Below, in pieces: positions 1 through 8,474 of a stretch of 34,302 nt of DNA. The stretch spans positions 1 to 34,302 of the IMG/VR virus record IMGVR_UViG_3300020045_016612. One strand, 5' to 3'. The position numbers and the translations under genes are program-made. The stretch is from a virus. Lineage: Duplodnaviria; Caudoviricetes. How positions within the stretch are numbered: the stretch's first letter is position 1; each line of letters opens with the position of its first letter. Below the pieces are notes generated by a model, which was given only the letters and a program-made list of their open reading frames with translations, was not told the DNA's origin and did no database searches.

Positions 1-62
1 GAGACCACCGGAGTTTATCCCCTTCGTCAAAAAGAATTTAGACAAGTTATGGTGATATCTGA

Positions 63-347
63 ATGAGCTCTTTTAGACAAGGATTGGGTATGGTTGAAGA
101 CTGGCTGATGAGACAAATAAGCCCCCCGCCACTGGTTGTAAAGGCGGAGCGTCGTTCGGAGGAATTGACGGATCGGGAGCGATTGGAGCAGATGTTATTT
201 TGGATAATTAAGAACGATTTATTGAAAGATAGCGGTCACGAGAGGCGAACGAAAAGATTGATGAAACTGGTGTCGCTATATTTAGATACTTTGAAGAGGG
301 AAGCGGAATGCGTCAGTTTAAATACAGACAATATTTCAACACAATAA
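63..347 (+). CDS. hypothetical protein
   Basis: 94-aa ORF with a helical, charged C-terminal half; no recognised motif. Confidence 0.6.
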   Translation: MSSFRQGLGMVEDWLMRQISPPPLVVKAERRSEELTDRERLEQMLFWIIKNDLLKDSGHERRTKRLMKLVSLYLDTLKREAECVSLNTDNISTQ

Positions 348-517
348 GTATTCGAGGAAAACACGAAGCTTTATCCGACCTGATTGAAAAGAAGCAAATT
401 GAGGCCAGGGAGTGTTTGAATCATAAGGTTAATTATAGGCTTCTGACCAATCCGTACCGACGTTATCGGCGGGGCAAAAATCGTTGCAATAGATGTGGGC
501 TATATAAGTTATGGTGA
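308..517 (+). CDS. hypothetical basic protein, possible Zn-binding
   Basis: 69 aa, CxxH...CxxC pattern, preceded by GAGGG; overlaps the upstream ORF. Confidence 0.45.
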   Translation: MRQFKYRQYFNTISIRGKHEALSDLIEKKQIEARECLNHKVNYRLLTNPYRRYRRGKNRCNRCGLYKLW

Positions 518-521
518 AAGG

Positions 522-683
522 ATGGTAAGGGGTATGTACGAAATCCAGAAGATTGAAAAGACGTATGCAGCGGCCGCGGAAGCGGTGGTACGGATTTTAA
601 TGGACCTGGAAGTGACAGCAGATCAGTTAAGCTGTTGCGACCTCAGTTATCAGATCATCGAGAAGCTGGGCTGGAAGAAATGA
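522..683 (+). CDS. hypothetical protein
   Basis: Stop overlaps the next start (ATGA 680-683); start ambiguous (522 or 534). Confidence 0.5.
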   Translation: MVRGMYEIQKIEKTYAAAAEAVVRILMDLEVTADQLSCCDLSYQIIEKLGWKK

Positions 684-850
684 AGGATCTTCCCGAAGAC
701 GTAGTGGATCTGATTAATTTTTATTTAGAATTGAAAAAAAGTAATTTTTACGGTACGATCACACAAGTCTGGCAGAATGGTCAGATCGTAACGTTAAAAA
801 AAGAACAGACGTTTAAGATAAAAGATCTTCATTTTGAAATAAGCATTTAA
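680..850 (+). CDS. DUF2292/YezD-like small protein
   Basis: 56 aa from ATG 680; FYGTITQVWQNGQIVTLKKEQTFK resembles the DUF2292 pattern (F/YG.i.i..q.G.i......). Confidence 0.6.
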   Translation: MKDLPEDVVDLINFYLELKKSNFYGTITQVWQNGQIVTLKKEQTFKIKDLHFEISI

Positions 851-875
851 TAATTAAACGTTATCTGAACAACAG

Positions 876-912
876 AAACGCTGACGGCAGAAGACGCCGT
901 TGGCGTTTTTTT
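876..912 (+). terminator. intrinsic terminator upstream of terS
   Basis: AAACGCTGACGGC-agaagac-GCCGTTGGCGTTT stem (13 bp incl. G-U) running into a T7 tract. Confidence 0.7.
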
Positions 913-922
913 ATGGGGGGAT

Positions 923-1471
923 ATGGACGACCGGCCTGAGTTTAAGACGCAATCTTCGTTATGGTCGAACCCATTAGTAAAAGGAATCCAGATCAGTCGT
1001 GGGACCAAGGGTGTCGTTTGGATGCCGTCGTCAAAAGTAGAGAATAAGAGATACCCTTTCCGGCCCAAAGAGATCCGATTTTTACACGCCTACATTTCCG
1101 GCGTTCCTTTAGAAGATATCTGCACTACCCTCCAATTCAACCCCAAAGACGCCGCCGAACTTTTAAAGAGAAAAAGGACCAGAGAATATCTATCTGAATT
1201 AGACGAAATGGACGCTGAAGTTCTAGCCCGGGGAGCGAGGAACAAGATCGCCAAAGAGTTAATCGACGTTTGGGACGGTAAAGTTTCTAAAACGAAACAG
1301 CAGTTGGAAGCCGGTAAAGAGTTCTGGGCCAGGGTCTGGCCGAAACCCTCAGACGGGGTCAAAGCCGGAGGGGATTCCAAGCTCGAAGTTCGTATCAATA
1401 TCGGAAAGATGGAAGAAGCGGTCCGCCGGGAACAGATTATGGAAGCCGAGATTATAAATGAATCAAAGTAA
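923..1471 (+). CDS. putative terminase small subunit
   Basis: Directly upstream of and overlapping TerL; central HTH-like segment, then helical region and C-terminal beta strand (KLEVRINIG). Confidence 0.6.
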   Translation: MDDRPEFKTQSSLWSNPLVKGIQISRGTKGVVWMPSSKVENKRYPFRPKEIRFLHAYISGVPLEDICTTLQFNPKDAAELLKRKRTREYLSELDEMDAEVLARGARNKIAKELIDVWDGKVSKTKQQLEAGKEFWARVWPKPSDGVKAGGDSKLEVRINIGKMEEAVRREQIMEAEIINESK

Positions 1472-2948
1472 ACTGATTGATTCACATAAAGACATGATTA
1501 AAAAGAGTCTTTGGTATCTTTGTACCGAGGAATTGGGATTCTCAGACTGGGGCAAAGTCCACGACGACATGGAAAAGTTTTTAAAAAAGCCGTCCCGGAG
1601 AAAGCTCATGCTCGTCCCTCGCGGTCACCTCAAATCTTCCCTCACTAAGTCTTACGCCGTTCAACTTCTTCTAAACGATCCGAATCACCGAGTCCTCATC
1701 GCCAACCAAGTCTGGGACCGGGCGAGAGATATGCTTTACGAGATTAAAGAATGGCTTACTACCAAAAGCAACCTCCCTAAATATTTCGGGAATTTTGTTT
1801 CGGGAAGATGGCGCGAAGAAGAGATTGTGATTGCCCAGAGGACGAAAGCCCTTTCTGCTCCTTCTATCGGGACGACGGGTGTTGAATCTGAATTAACGTC
1901 TGCTCATTACGACACGATCATCTTGGACGACGTTCAAGGTCTTCAAAACTGTCAAACGAAAGAACAGAGGGATAAGGTTAAACGCTTTTACCGGACTCTC
2001 ACGGCCATCTTAGAACCGGGAGGGCAGATAATTATTCCTGCCACTCGCTGGCACTATGATGATCTTTATCAAGAGATTATTGATAACGAAAGTGATTACT
2101 ACGACATCATGATCCGCCAAGTGATTGAAAAAGACGAAGTGATTTTTCCGAAAAAGTTCAACCTCAAGTTTGATTCTAAAGTGAAGGATTGGGTTTATTC
2201 TGAGACTCCGACGATGGATTACATCAATTATTTAAAACAGAACATGGGAAATGAATTTTACAGTCAGTACATGAACCTTCCCATGGATTCCGGTTCTCAA
2301 GTCATTAAGAGGGAATACTTTAAATACTGGGACCGAAGGCCCGACGGACTTTTCATAGCACTGACCTTAGATCCTGCCATCAGCTATCAGCAACGAAGTG
2401 ATTACTCTGCCTTCGTCGTTTGCGGAATGGATTCAAAGAGAAACATTTACGTACTTGACTATCTCCGGGGTCATTGGGCGGACCCGTCTAAGATTATTGA
2501 GAATCTGCTTAAGATGGTGGATAAATGGAAGCCGAACACGGTCGGGATTGAAAGCATGGGGTTTCAAAAGACGCTTAAGTATTGGATCGAACAAGTCACG
2601 ATGACCAAACGTCATGTCCCTCCGATTACGGAGTTGAAAGCTCCTCCTACACAGAAAAAAGAGTTCCGGTTAAAAGCACTTGAACCCTACTACCGGAATG
2701 GAATGGTTTATCATGCTAATTGGATGAAAGGGAAAGAGCTGGAAGAAGAGTTAACTCTTTTAGCTGAAGATGGGTACAAGGGAAAGCATGATGACCTTTT
2801 TGACGCTTTGGCTCATCAATTGGACGTTCTCTACCCCGGTGGAATTTCCGGGATTCAGGAAGAGAAAGAATGGACGTGGGAATGGTGTTTAAAAAGGGCG
2901 AACGAGTTCAACGGGATCAATAAAGGATTCTTCGGTTATGAACGTTAA
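1458..2948 (+). CDS. terL: terminase large subunit
   Basis: Walker A variant MLVPRGHLKSS, Walker B IILDD, coupling motif ATRW, RNase H-like nuclease LTLDPA...DYSA and C-terminal KHDDLFDALAH. Confidence 0.95.
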   Translation: MNQSKLIDSHKDMIKKSLWYLCTEELGFSDWGKVHDDMEKFLKKPSRRKLMLVPRGHLKSSLTKSYAVQLLLNDPNHRVLIANQVWDRARDMLYEIKEWLTTKSNLPKYFGNFVSGRWREEEIVIAQRTKALSAPSIGTTGVESELTSAHYDTIILDDVQGLQNCQTKEQRDKVKRFYRTLTAILEPGGQIIIPATRWHYDDLYQEIIDNESDYYDIMIRQVIEKDEVIFPKKFNLKFDSKVKDWVYSETPTMDYINYLKQNMGNEFYSQYMNLPMDSGSQVIKREYFKYWDRRPDGLFIALTLDPAISYQQRSDYSAFVVCGMDSKRNIYVLDYLRGHWADPSKIIENLLKMVDKWKPNTVGIESMGFQKTLKYWIEQVTMTKRHVPPITELKAPPTQKKEFRLKALEPYYRNGMVYHANWMKGKELEEELTLLAEDGYKGKHDDLFDALAHQLDVLYPGGISGIQEEKEWTWEWCLKRANEFNGINKGFFGYER

Positions 2949-3114
2949 TCTTCTCTTCCTCCTTATTATATGTGTCTTTTCAGGATGTGTTTCCAGGAAG
3001 TACCATATTGATACGGTGGAAAATTTAAATGAAGAGATAAAAATAGCTCGATTTCGTTGCGAAGAAATAGAGTCTCAAAAACTACAATTTTATTTGAGGA
3101 ATTATGGCCGCTAG
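2938..3114 (+). CDS. small putative lipoprotein (not in ORF track)
   Basis: Translated by hand: MNVNLLFLLIICVFSGCVSRKYHIDTVENLNEEIKIARFRCEEIESQKLQFYLRNYGR; hydrophobic stretch + FSG-C lipobox; fills the TerL-portal gap with overlaps at both ends. Confidence 0.65.
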   Translation: MNVNLLFLLIICVFSGCVSRKYHIDTVENLNEEIKIARFRCEEIESQKLQFYLRNYGR

Positions 3115-4465
3115 TTATAAAGAAGAAGCGAAGAAAGAAAACACGGTTTCGAAAAAGGTCGCCCTTTGGTCCGACAGGGTCCAGATGGCAAAAAAGTCCT
3201 GTGAAGATTGGGCCGAAAGCTCTGGGGCGAAAAGGTTTTTAAAAGAGTACAAAGGGGATTACGGAATCACTTTTAAGGCGAGGACAAGAAACGTGACCGT
3301 CCCTCCCATTAATGAAGTCTTTGCCTATGTTCAATCGGATATCGCAACGACGTACAACCGAGACCCTTATATCACCGTTAATCCGAAAGCGGGAACGAAA
3401 GAAGGGGCGGCTTTATGGGAAGTGGTTTTAAACTATTACTGGAGAGAACTTCAAACCAAAGAAGAGTTGGAGTTTGAAATTATTGATAAGGATTTGGTCG
3501 GGTTCGCCTGGCATAAAGTCGGGTACGCCGTTGATACTTTTTTAGAAGAAAGTCAGACGAAGATAAAAAACGAACGGCTTTATTCCAATTATCTCCTTTG
3601 GAAAGACGTGGTTTGGAATATTGGAGCTACGCGGGTTCCTAAAGATTGTCTCTGGATGGCTCAGCGAATAGTCAAACCGATCAATGAAATGAGAAAGAAG
3701 TTTCCTGCCGTGAAAGGTCTGGAAGGCGTTCCCAATCCTGACATTGATGAAGATTCGTATAAGAAATCAGCCTACAAAGATGACATCAAAGTCTTGGTCA
3801 TGTGGGAGATTTGGGATTCGGAAGACCGGATGATTTACTACATCGCCGAAGGCCTGAAGGATAAGTATCTCCAACCTCCCAAGCCGTGGCCGGATTATTT
3901 AAATGAATTTCCATTTTTAATGTATTGGGATTTTGCCGTTCCTAATAGCTCCCGTCCGATGTCGGCTATCGCACCTTGGGAAGCACAGATTTTAGAAGAG
4001 ATGGTGATCATGGCTTCGGCCGTTAATCATGTGAAACGTTGGAACCGGCAAGCGTTTGTCAGAAACGGAACGATAGATGAAAACGCTTTAGATAAATTTG
4101 AACAAGGGTATGACGGCGCGATCATTCCTTACAACGGGGAAACAGCGGATATCAAGTTCGCCGATTTCGGTCAACTACCTACGGATTTTTACATGCTCAT
4201 GGACCGCCTGGGTTCGATTAAGAGTTTGAAAGAGGCGTACAAACTTGAAGTCCAGATGCATATGCAGCAGCAAGAAGAAGATCAGGCGGAAAGTAGTGTC
4301 GAATCAGACAAGGTCATGGCTGAAGCGGCGAAACGGGAAGCTCAAGCGCGTCAGATTTCAGTCGAAACGGAGATGCTGTCTCAAGACGCTGCCATCGGTC
4401 CCGTTGGACGCGCTCAAGTAAAGAGTTTAGAAAAACCACCGACTCTTAATGGGAAACAAAAATGA
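3104..4465 (+). CDS. portal protein (P22-like), apparently internally shortened
   Basis: Position after TerL, GAGGA RBS; portal-type segments (NEVFAYVQS..PYITVNP, DLVGFAWHKVGY, WMAQRI, WEIWD, FPF); only 453 aa. Confidence 0.8.
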   Translation: MAASYKEEAKKENTVSKKVALWSDRVQMAKKSCEDWAESSGAKRFLKEYKGDYGITFKARTRNVTVPPINEVFAYVQSDIATTYNRDPYITVNPKAGTKEGAALWEVVLNYYWRELQTKEELEFEIIDKDLVGFAWHKVGYAVDTFLEESQTKIKNERLYSNYLLWKDVVWNIGATRVPKDCLWMAQRIVKPINEMRKKFPAVKGLEGVPNPDIDEDSYKKSAYKDDIKVLVMWEIWDSEDRMIYYIAEGLKDKYLQPPKPWPDYLNEFPFLMYWDFAVPNSSRPMSAIAPWEAQILEEMVIMASAVNHVKRWNRQAFVRNGTIDENALDKFEQGYDGAIIPYNGETADIKFADFGQLPTDFYMLMDRLGSIKSLKEAYKLEVQMHMQQQEEDQAESSVESDKVMAEAAKREAQARQISVETEMLSQDAAIGPVGRAQVKSLEKPPTLNGKQK

Positions 4466-4881
4466 CCTTTTTTTGCAATGGTTGTGAAAAGGAATTGCCC
4501 TTTAAAGATTTAGTTTTTTCAGTGATCACGGATAAAGAAGGGATTAAACGTTATTGTCGCGAATGTCGTTCTCCAAAATCGGTTGTTCATGACGTTTATT
4601 GGGATGGGAAACCAGAAGAGAATTTAGCGGACGATCCCAGAACTGGAAGGCCGATTGTTTTTTCTTCAAAAGGGGAGAAAGCGGCTTATTTAAGACAGAG
4701 AGGGATTGTGGAAGCAGGAGATCGCGTTCATGGAGCACCTGTTTCGTTATCATCTCACAATCCCAAGCTTGATTCGAGAGACGCTGTAAAAAAAGCGTTG
4801 GCGCATGTGAAACGGATGGGAATAGATAATCGCAGACAAGAATATTTAAGAATTAAAAAGGAAGGTGAACGATATGCCTAA
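4462..4881 (+). CDS. zinc-ribbon protein of the head module
   Basis: CNGC...CREC followed by TGRPIVFSSKGEKAAYLRQRG; ATGA overlap with the portal stop. Confidence 0.65.
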   Translation: MTFFCNGCEKELPFKDLVFSVITDKEGIKRYCRECRSPKSVVHDVYWDGKPEENLADDPRTGRPIVFSSKGEKAAYLRQRGIVEAGDRVHGAPVSLSSHNPKLDSRDAVKKALAHVKRMGIDNRRQEYLRIKKEGERYA

Positions 4882-4902
4882 GAAACCACGGAGGAAATGC
4901 TA

Positions 4903-5118
4903 ATGCCAAGATATATAAGATCAGATGGTAAGAATTACACTTTTAATCCGGGGAAGAACGGTTCTTTAACGGCAGTTCAGAAACCTGCTTCTTCTGGTTT
5001 TCAAATTCCAACCCAGTCGGTGGCTAAAACTATAGGCCCAAGAAAAAAGGTGAATATGGAGCTAAGACGAAAACGGCAGATGATTGCCCCCGCTTTAGTT
5101 GGATCTCAGAGGGGATAA
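4903..5118 (+). CDS. hypothetical basic protein
   Basis: GGAGG 8 nt before ATG 4903; TAATG coupling to the next gene. Confidence 0.55.
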   Translation: MPRYIRSDGKNYTFNPGKNGSLTAVQKPASSGFQIPTQSVAKTIGPRKKVNMELRRKRQMIAPALVGSQRG

Positions 5119-5615
5119 TGGTGAGTCGTCCTTATCAAATGGAGTTAGGGAAGAAATGTACGAATTGCAAAGAGTTTAAAACTCTTGATTTTTTCCACAA
5201 GCATCCTCTTGGTAAGTACGGCAAGAATGCGCGTTGCGGAGAATGTGCTAATAAAATCACTTACGAATATAGAAAGAAAAATGATGTTTCTAGGAGATTC
5301 AACGTTAGATATTCATTCGCTCGTTGCAATGCAAGAAAAAGAAATAAGAGTTTTGAAATAACTTTTCCCGAATATGAATATGTCATTAATAAACCATGTT
5401 TTTATTGCGATGGGTATTTTGGAAAAGTTCAAGTGTGTAGTGGATTGGATCGCATTGATAATGATAAGGGGTACGAGTTTTTCAATGTTCTTCCTTGCTG
5501 CAAAATATGTAATCACATGAGGAATAGACATTTTTCAGTTGAAGAAACGAGAATAATGGCACAAACGATTATTGCTTTAAGAGAAAAAGGAGAGGTGAAA
5601 TTATGTCCGATTTAA
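5118..5615 (+). CDS. HNH-type (His-Me finger) endonuclease
   Basis: N-terminal CxxC..CxxC; CFYC...GLDRIDNDKGY..NVLPCCKICNHMR nuclease motif. Confidence 0.8.
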   Translation: MVSRPYQMELGKKCTNCKEFKTLDFFHKHPLGKYGKNARCGECANKITYEYRKKNDVSRRFNVRYSFARCNARKRNKSFEITFPEYEYVINKPCFYCDGYFGKVQVCSGLDRIDNDKGYEFFNVLPCCKICNHMRNRHFSVEETRIMAQTIIALREKGEVKLCPI

Positions 5616-6463
5616 CAGTTGGTAATCCAGTTTCAGAAGAAAACGGCAATCCAAATGGAACCGCTACTGATGCAAATGGAACCAGCAACGGTGTTGGGGA
5701 AGCGCGGCAAGGCGCAGCCACCACTGAAACGTTTATTCCTGAAGGAATAGACTTGAATACTTTGCCTCCGAACGTTCGTCAATATGTCGAAAAAATAAAC
5801 AACGACATGGTGCGAGGGTTCACAGAAAAAACGACCAAACTGTCAGAGACTGTCAAAGCCGAAGTGGCCAAATCACTCGAACCGTACAGATCGAAGGCGG
5901 AACAGTACGAGCAGATCGCAGCCCAAGAAGAGTTCGTGAAGCAGTGGAACGAATACGTCCAAAAGTCTCAGAGTCAGAACCAAAATCCGCAGAATCCAGG
6001 TGATCCGCTTCTTAAAGAGATGAAATCTCAGTTGGAAGAAATGAATATGAAAATTCAACTTTCGGAGATGAGTCAAATTACAGAAGCCTTTGCCGAAGCC
6101 GTGAATGAGAAAGGAGAACGACTTCATCCCGAGTTTGACACGTTAAACGATATCGTTATCGGTCAATTTGGAGAGAAGTCAGAGCCTTTTTCCCTTTTAC
6201 GTGCAGCGGTGGAATTGGCTCAAGGTGGGACGCCTAGTGAGAAGTTAGCTAATGGGTACAAAGCGGCGAAAGCCGCCCATGACGCTATCTTTGAATTAGG
6301 AAGGAAAGCGGGATTGGGGCGAGTTCAAACCAAGATAGCGAACGGGACGCAACCGGCGTCTCATTCTTTAGGGGATACGATGTCTGTAACGGACAAGAAG
6401 CCGAAGAATGCACGGGAAGCGTTAGAAATGGCCAGGAAAGGCGTGATGGTCTCACGAGAATAA
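5603..6463 (+). CDS. capsid scaffolding protein
   Basis: Disordered acidic N-terminus, LPP...MVRGFTEKTTKLSE motif, coiled coils; directly upstream of the capsid gene. Confidence 0.75.
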   Translation: MSDLTVGNPVSEENGNPNGTATDANGTSNGVGEARQGAATTETFIPEGIDLNTLPPNVRQYVEKINNDMVRGFTEKTTKLSETVKAEVAKSLEPYRSKAEQYEQIAAQEEFVKQWNEYVQKSQSQNQNPQNPGDPLLKEMKSQLEEMNMKIQLSEMSQITEAFAEAVNEKGERLHPEFDTLNDIVIGQFGEKSEPFSLLRAAVELAQGGTPSEKLANGYKAAKAAHDAIFELGRKAGLGRVQTKIANGTQPASHSLGDTMSVTDKKPKNAREALEMARKGVMVSRE

Positions 6464-6478
6464 AAAAGGAGGCCAGAT

Positions 6479-7441
6479 ATGGCACAGCCAACATTACTTA
6501 CATACGGCCCAGGAAATGTTGATGAAACATTAACCTTGGCTATGACGAATATGATTCCTGGAATTAAGGAAAACATATTCAACGATAACACTGCCCTTGG
6601 GTGGTTGTATTCGACCGGAAAAGAACGGAAACGTGGAGGGGCATCGCTCTCACACGGTATTCACTACGCGAAATCCACAGCGGGGGGAAGCTACAGCCGT
6701 TATCAACAGATGGATGTAACGCCTCAAGATAACTTGACACGTGACCAATGGGCCTGGAAGCAATACTACTGGACCGTTTCTTTGGACGGATTCACAGAAC
6801 GGATCGCAGGAAAAGGGGAATGGGCCATTGAAGACGCGCTTCAAGAGAAACGAGACGAAGCGGGACTGTCTCTCAAAGATCAACTGGAAATCGACGTTTT
6901 TAAAGCGAGTCCAGGCACAGATGATCTTCGAAGTCTTCCGAATATTGTCTTGGGTTCTGGGACCGAAGGTCAGATCAACGGCACCACAAATTCGTGGTGG
7001 CAGAGTGCGGTTGTAACAGGTGGTAGCTGGGCGTCAGGTGTAGGCCGGACCCAACTTACAAACTTGTGCAACACCATCTCTAAGAGGCTTCCAGTTGGTC
7101 CGGCGGAAGTTTTGATCTCCGATCAGACTTCTATCGAAGCCTATGAAGGGACTCTTGTCGCTCAATATCGGTATATGACGAACAAAGCCGACATTGGACT
7201 CACGAAACTTCTCTTCAAAGAGATTCCGTGGATGTGGTCTGTTCAAGCGACCTCTGGCGTGATCTATGCTCTGCATAGTGATGCGATCAAGTTCTATGTC
7301 AATTCTGACACAGACTTTGTTTTTACAGGGTTCATGAAACCAGCCAATCAAGATGCGAAAGTAGGACAGATCTTGTTTGCTGCGGCTCTTGCGACTTGCT
7401 ACCGCCGAAAACTCGGCCGTTCCAATTCGAACGCGGCTTAA
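6479..7441 (+). CDS. major capsid protein (HK97 fold)
   Basis: AGGAGG RBS; 320 aa; ENIF.DN..L...RGG..L...Y....GSYSRY...QW.WKQYYWTVSL pattern typical of phage MCPs; follows the scaffold. Confidence 0.88.
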   Translation: MAQPTLLTYGPGNVDETLTLAMTNMIPGIKENIFNDNTALGWLYSTGKERKRGGASLSHGIHYAKSTAGGSYSRYQQMDVTPQDNLTRDQWAWKQYYWTVSLDGFTERIAGKGEWAIEDALQEKRDEAGLSLKDQLEIDVFKASPGTDDLRSLPNIVLGSGTEGQINGTTNSWWQSAVVTGGSWASGVGRTQLTNLCNTISKRLPVGPAEVLISDQTSIEAYEGTLVAQYRYMTNKADIGLTKLLFKEIPWMWSVQATSGVIYALHSDAIKFYVNSDTDFVFTGFMKPANQDAKVGQILFAAALATCYRRKLGRSNSNAA

Positions 7442-7450
7442 GGAGGTTTT

Positions 7451-7711
7451 ATGGCAGCTATAACACCATCAAATGTTGTTCGAGTTAATCTGGGTTCGGC
7501 CAATATGGTTGTCGCTACTTTTACGACAGTTAGCGACGGCGATACATGGGCCAGCGGTATTGCGTCTATTGTAGGCAAGTGGGTGGATTGTAATAGCAAC
7601 CCGTCCACTCAAGCGAGTGCGGGTATGGCATCTGTTTTTTCGGCAGGGACGTTTACGTTCTATCCCGGAGAAGATGCGATTGCCTTTACACTCTACGCCG
7701 TTATCGAATAG
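7451..7711 (+). CDS. small beta-rich virion/decoration protein
   Basis: AAGGAGG RBS directly after the MCP; Ala/Ser/Thr/Val-rich. Confidence 0.6.
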   Translation: MAAITPSNVVRVNLGSANMVVATFTTVSDGDTWASGIASIVGKWVDCNSNPSTQASAGMASVFSAGTFTFYPGEDAIAFTLYAVIE

Positions 7712-7715
7712 ATTG

Positions 7716-7772
7716 AGCTAGGGGGGCCGGTGGCTGAAAAGCCCAAGCCTACCAGCAAAGGGTTTAACCCTT
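7716..7772 (+). promoter_or_regulatory. structured intergenic element before the RBS of the 7786 gene
   Basis: Stem GCTAGGGGGGC/GCCTACCAGC enclosing GGCT-GAAA-AGCC, then inverted repeat AAGGGTT-T-AACCCTT abutting AAGGAG. Confidence 0.45.
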
Positions 7773-7785
7773 AAGGAGTTTTATC

Positions 7786-8232
7786 ATGGAATCACAATTA
7801 GTTAATAGAAACGATGTTGATTATCAACGGATCGCCTTCAAGAATATTCATGGCGGCGGTTCTTTAACAACCGGATACGGAATTGCGCTGGTTCAAAGTG
7901 CGGTTTCCTTTGACGGGTTGGGAGCAGTTCCTTTGGCGGCAGCGACCATTCGTGACTTTCACGGAATTGTTGTTCGGGATACTCCGATCAACGGATTCGG
8001 GAAGGCGACAGCCTACGGTTACGCTGCTTCGGTTGTTATCTCAAACGTGGGAACGAGTATTACGGTTACTGCGGGAGATACGTTAAAGCCGGGTGCGGTA
8101 GCGGGGACATGGTTCTCGTCTCTTACCGATGCTGCTATGACCACAGTATTCAATAAATACGTTGTTGCCGGTCAATCCACGACGATCTCGGCCTTGGCCT
8201 GGGTCAGTGGTTTTGTTCGGGGGACGATGTAA
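7786..8232 (+). CDS. capsid cement/decoration protein
   Basis: FHGIV..D.P.NGFG...AYG and VTAGDTLKP patterns resemble beta-clip head-decoration proteins; position after the MCP. Confidence 0.6.
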   Translation: MESQLVNRNDVDYQRIAFKNIHGGGSLTTGYGIALVQSAVSFDGLGAVPLAAATIRDFHGIVVRDTPINGFGKATAYGYAASVVISNVGTSITVTAGDTLKPGAVAGTWFSSLTDAAMTTVFNKYVVAGQSTTISALAWVSGFVRGTM

Positions 8233-8474
8233 TGAAATATTCCCTTAAGGATTATATTTTTGGATATATCAAAGGAACGGGTTTAATTTACCCGACCACG
8301 ATGATATTGCGTCCTTTTGGGAAAGTTTTAGAAGTGGATCGGTGTGTCGTGGACGGAGGCCTTGTGACGAACTCTCAAGCGTCTCTGTCCCGACACAACG
8401 GCCATGCAATGAAAGGTCCGGTAAAAATAAGTGTCTTTGAATTAATATTGATTTGGTGTCGGGTGATACGATGA
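8232..8474 (+). CDS. hypothetical protein
   Basis: TAATG and ATGA overlaps on both sides. Confidence 0.6.
   Translation: MKYSLKDYIFGYIKGTGLIYPTTMILRPFGKVLEVDRCVVDGGLVTNSQASLSRHNGHAMKGPVKISVFELILIWCRVIR

Noticed and set aside
4211-4217. GGTTCGA at both suspected junctions (4211 and 32830) as a recombination site
   Set aside because: The 7-mer also occurs inside intact genes (e.g. near 10090, 13254, 18152) and there is no longer shared flank or recombinase; chance cannot be excluded
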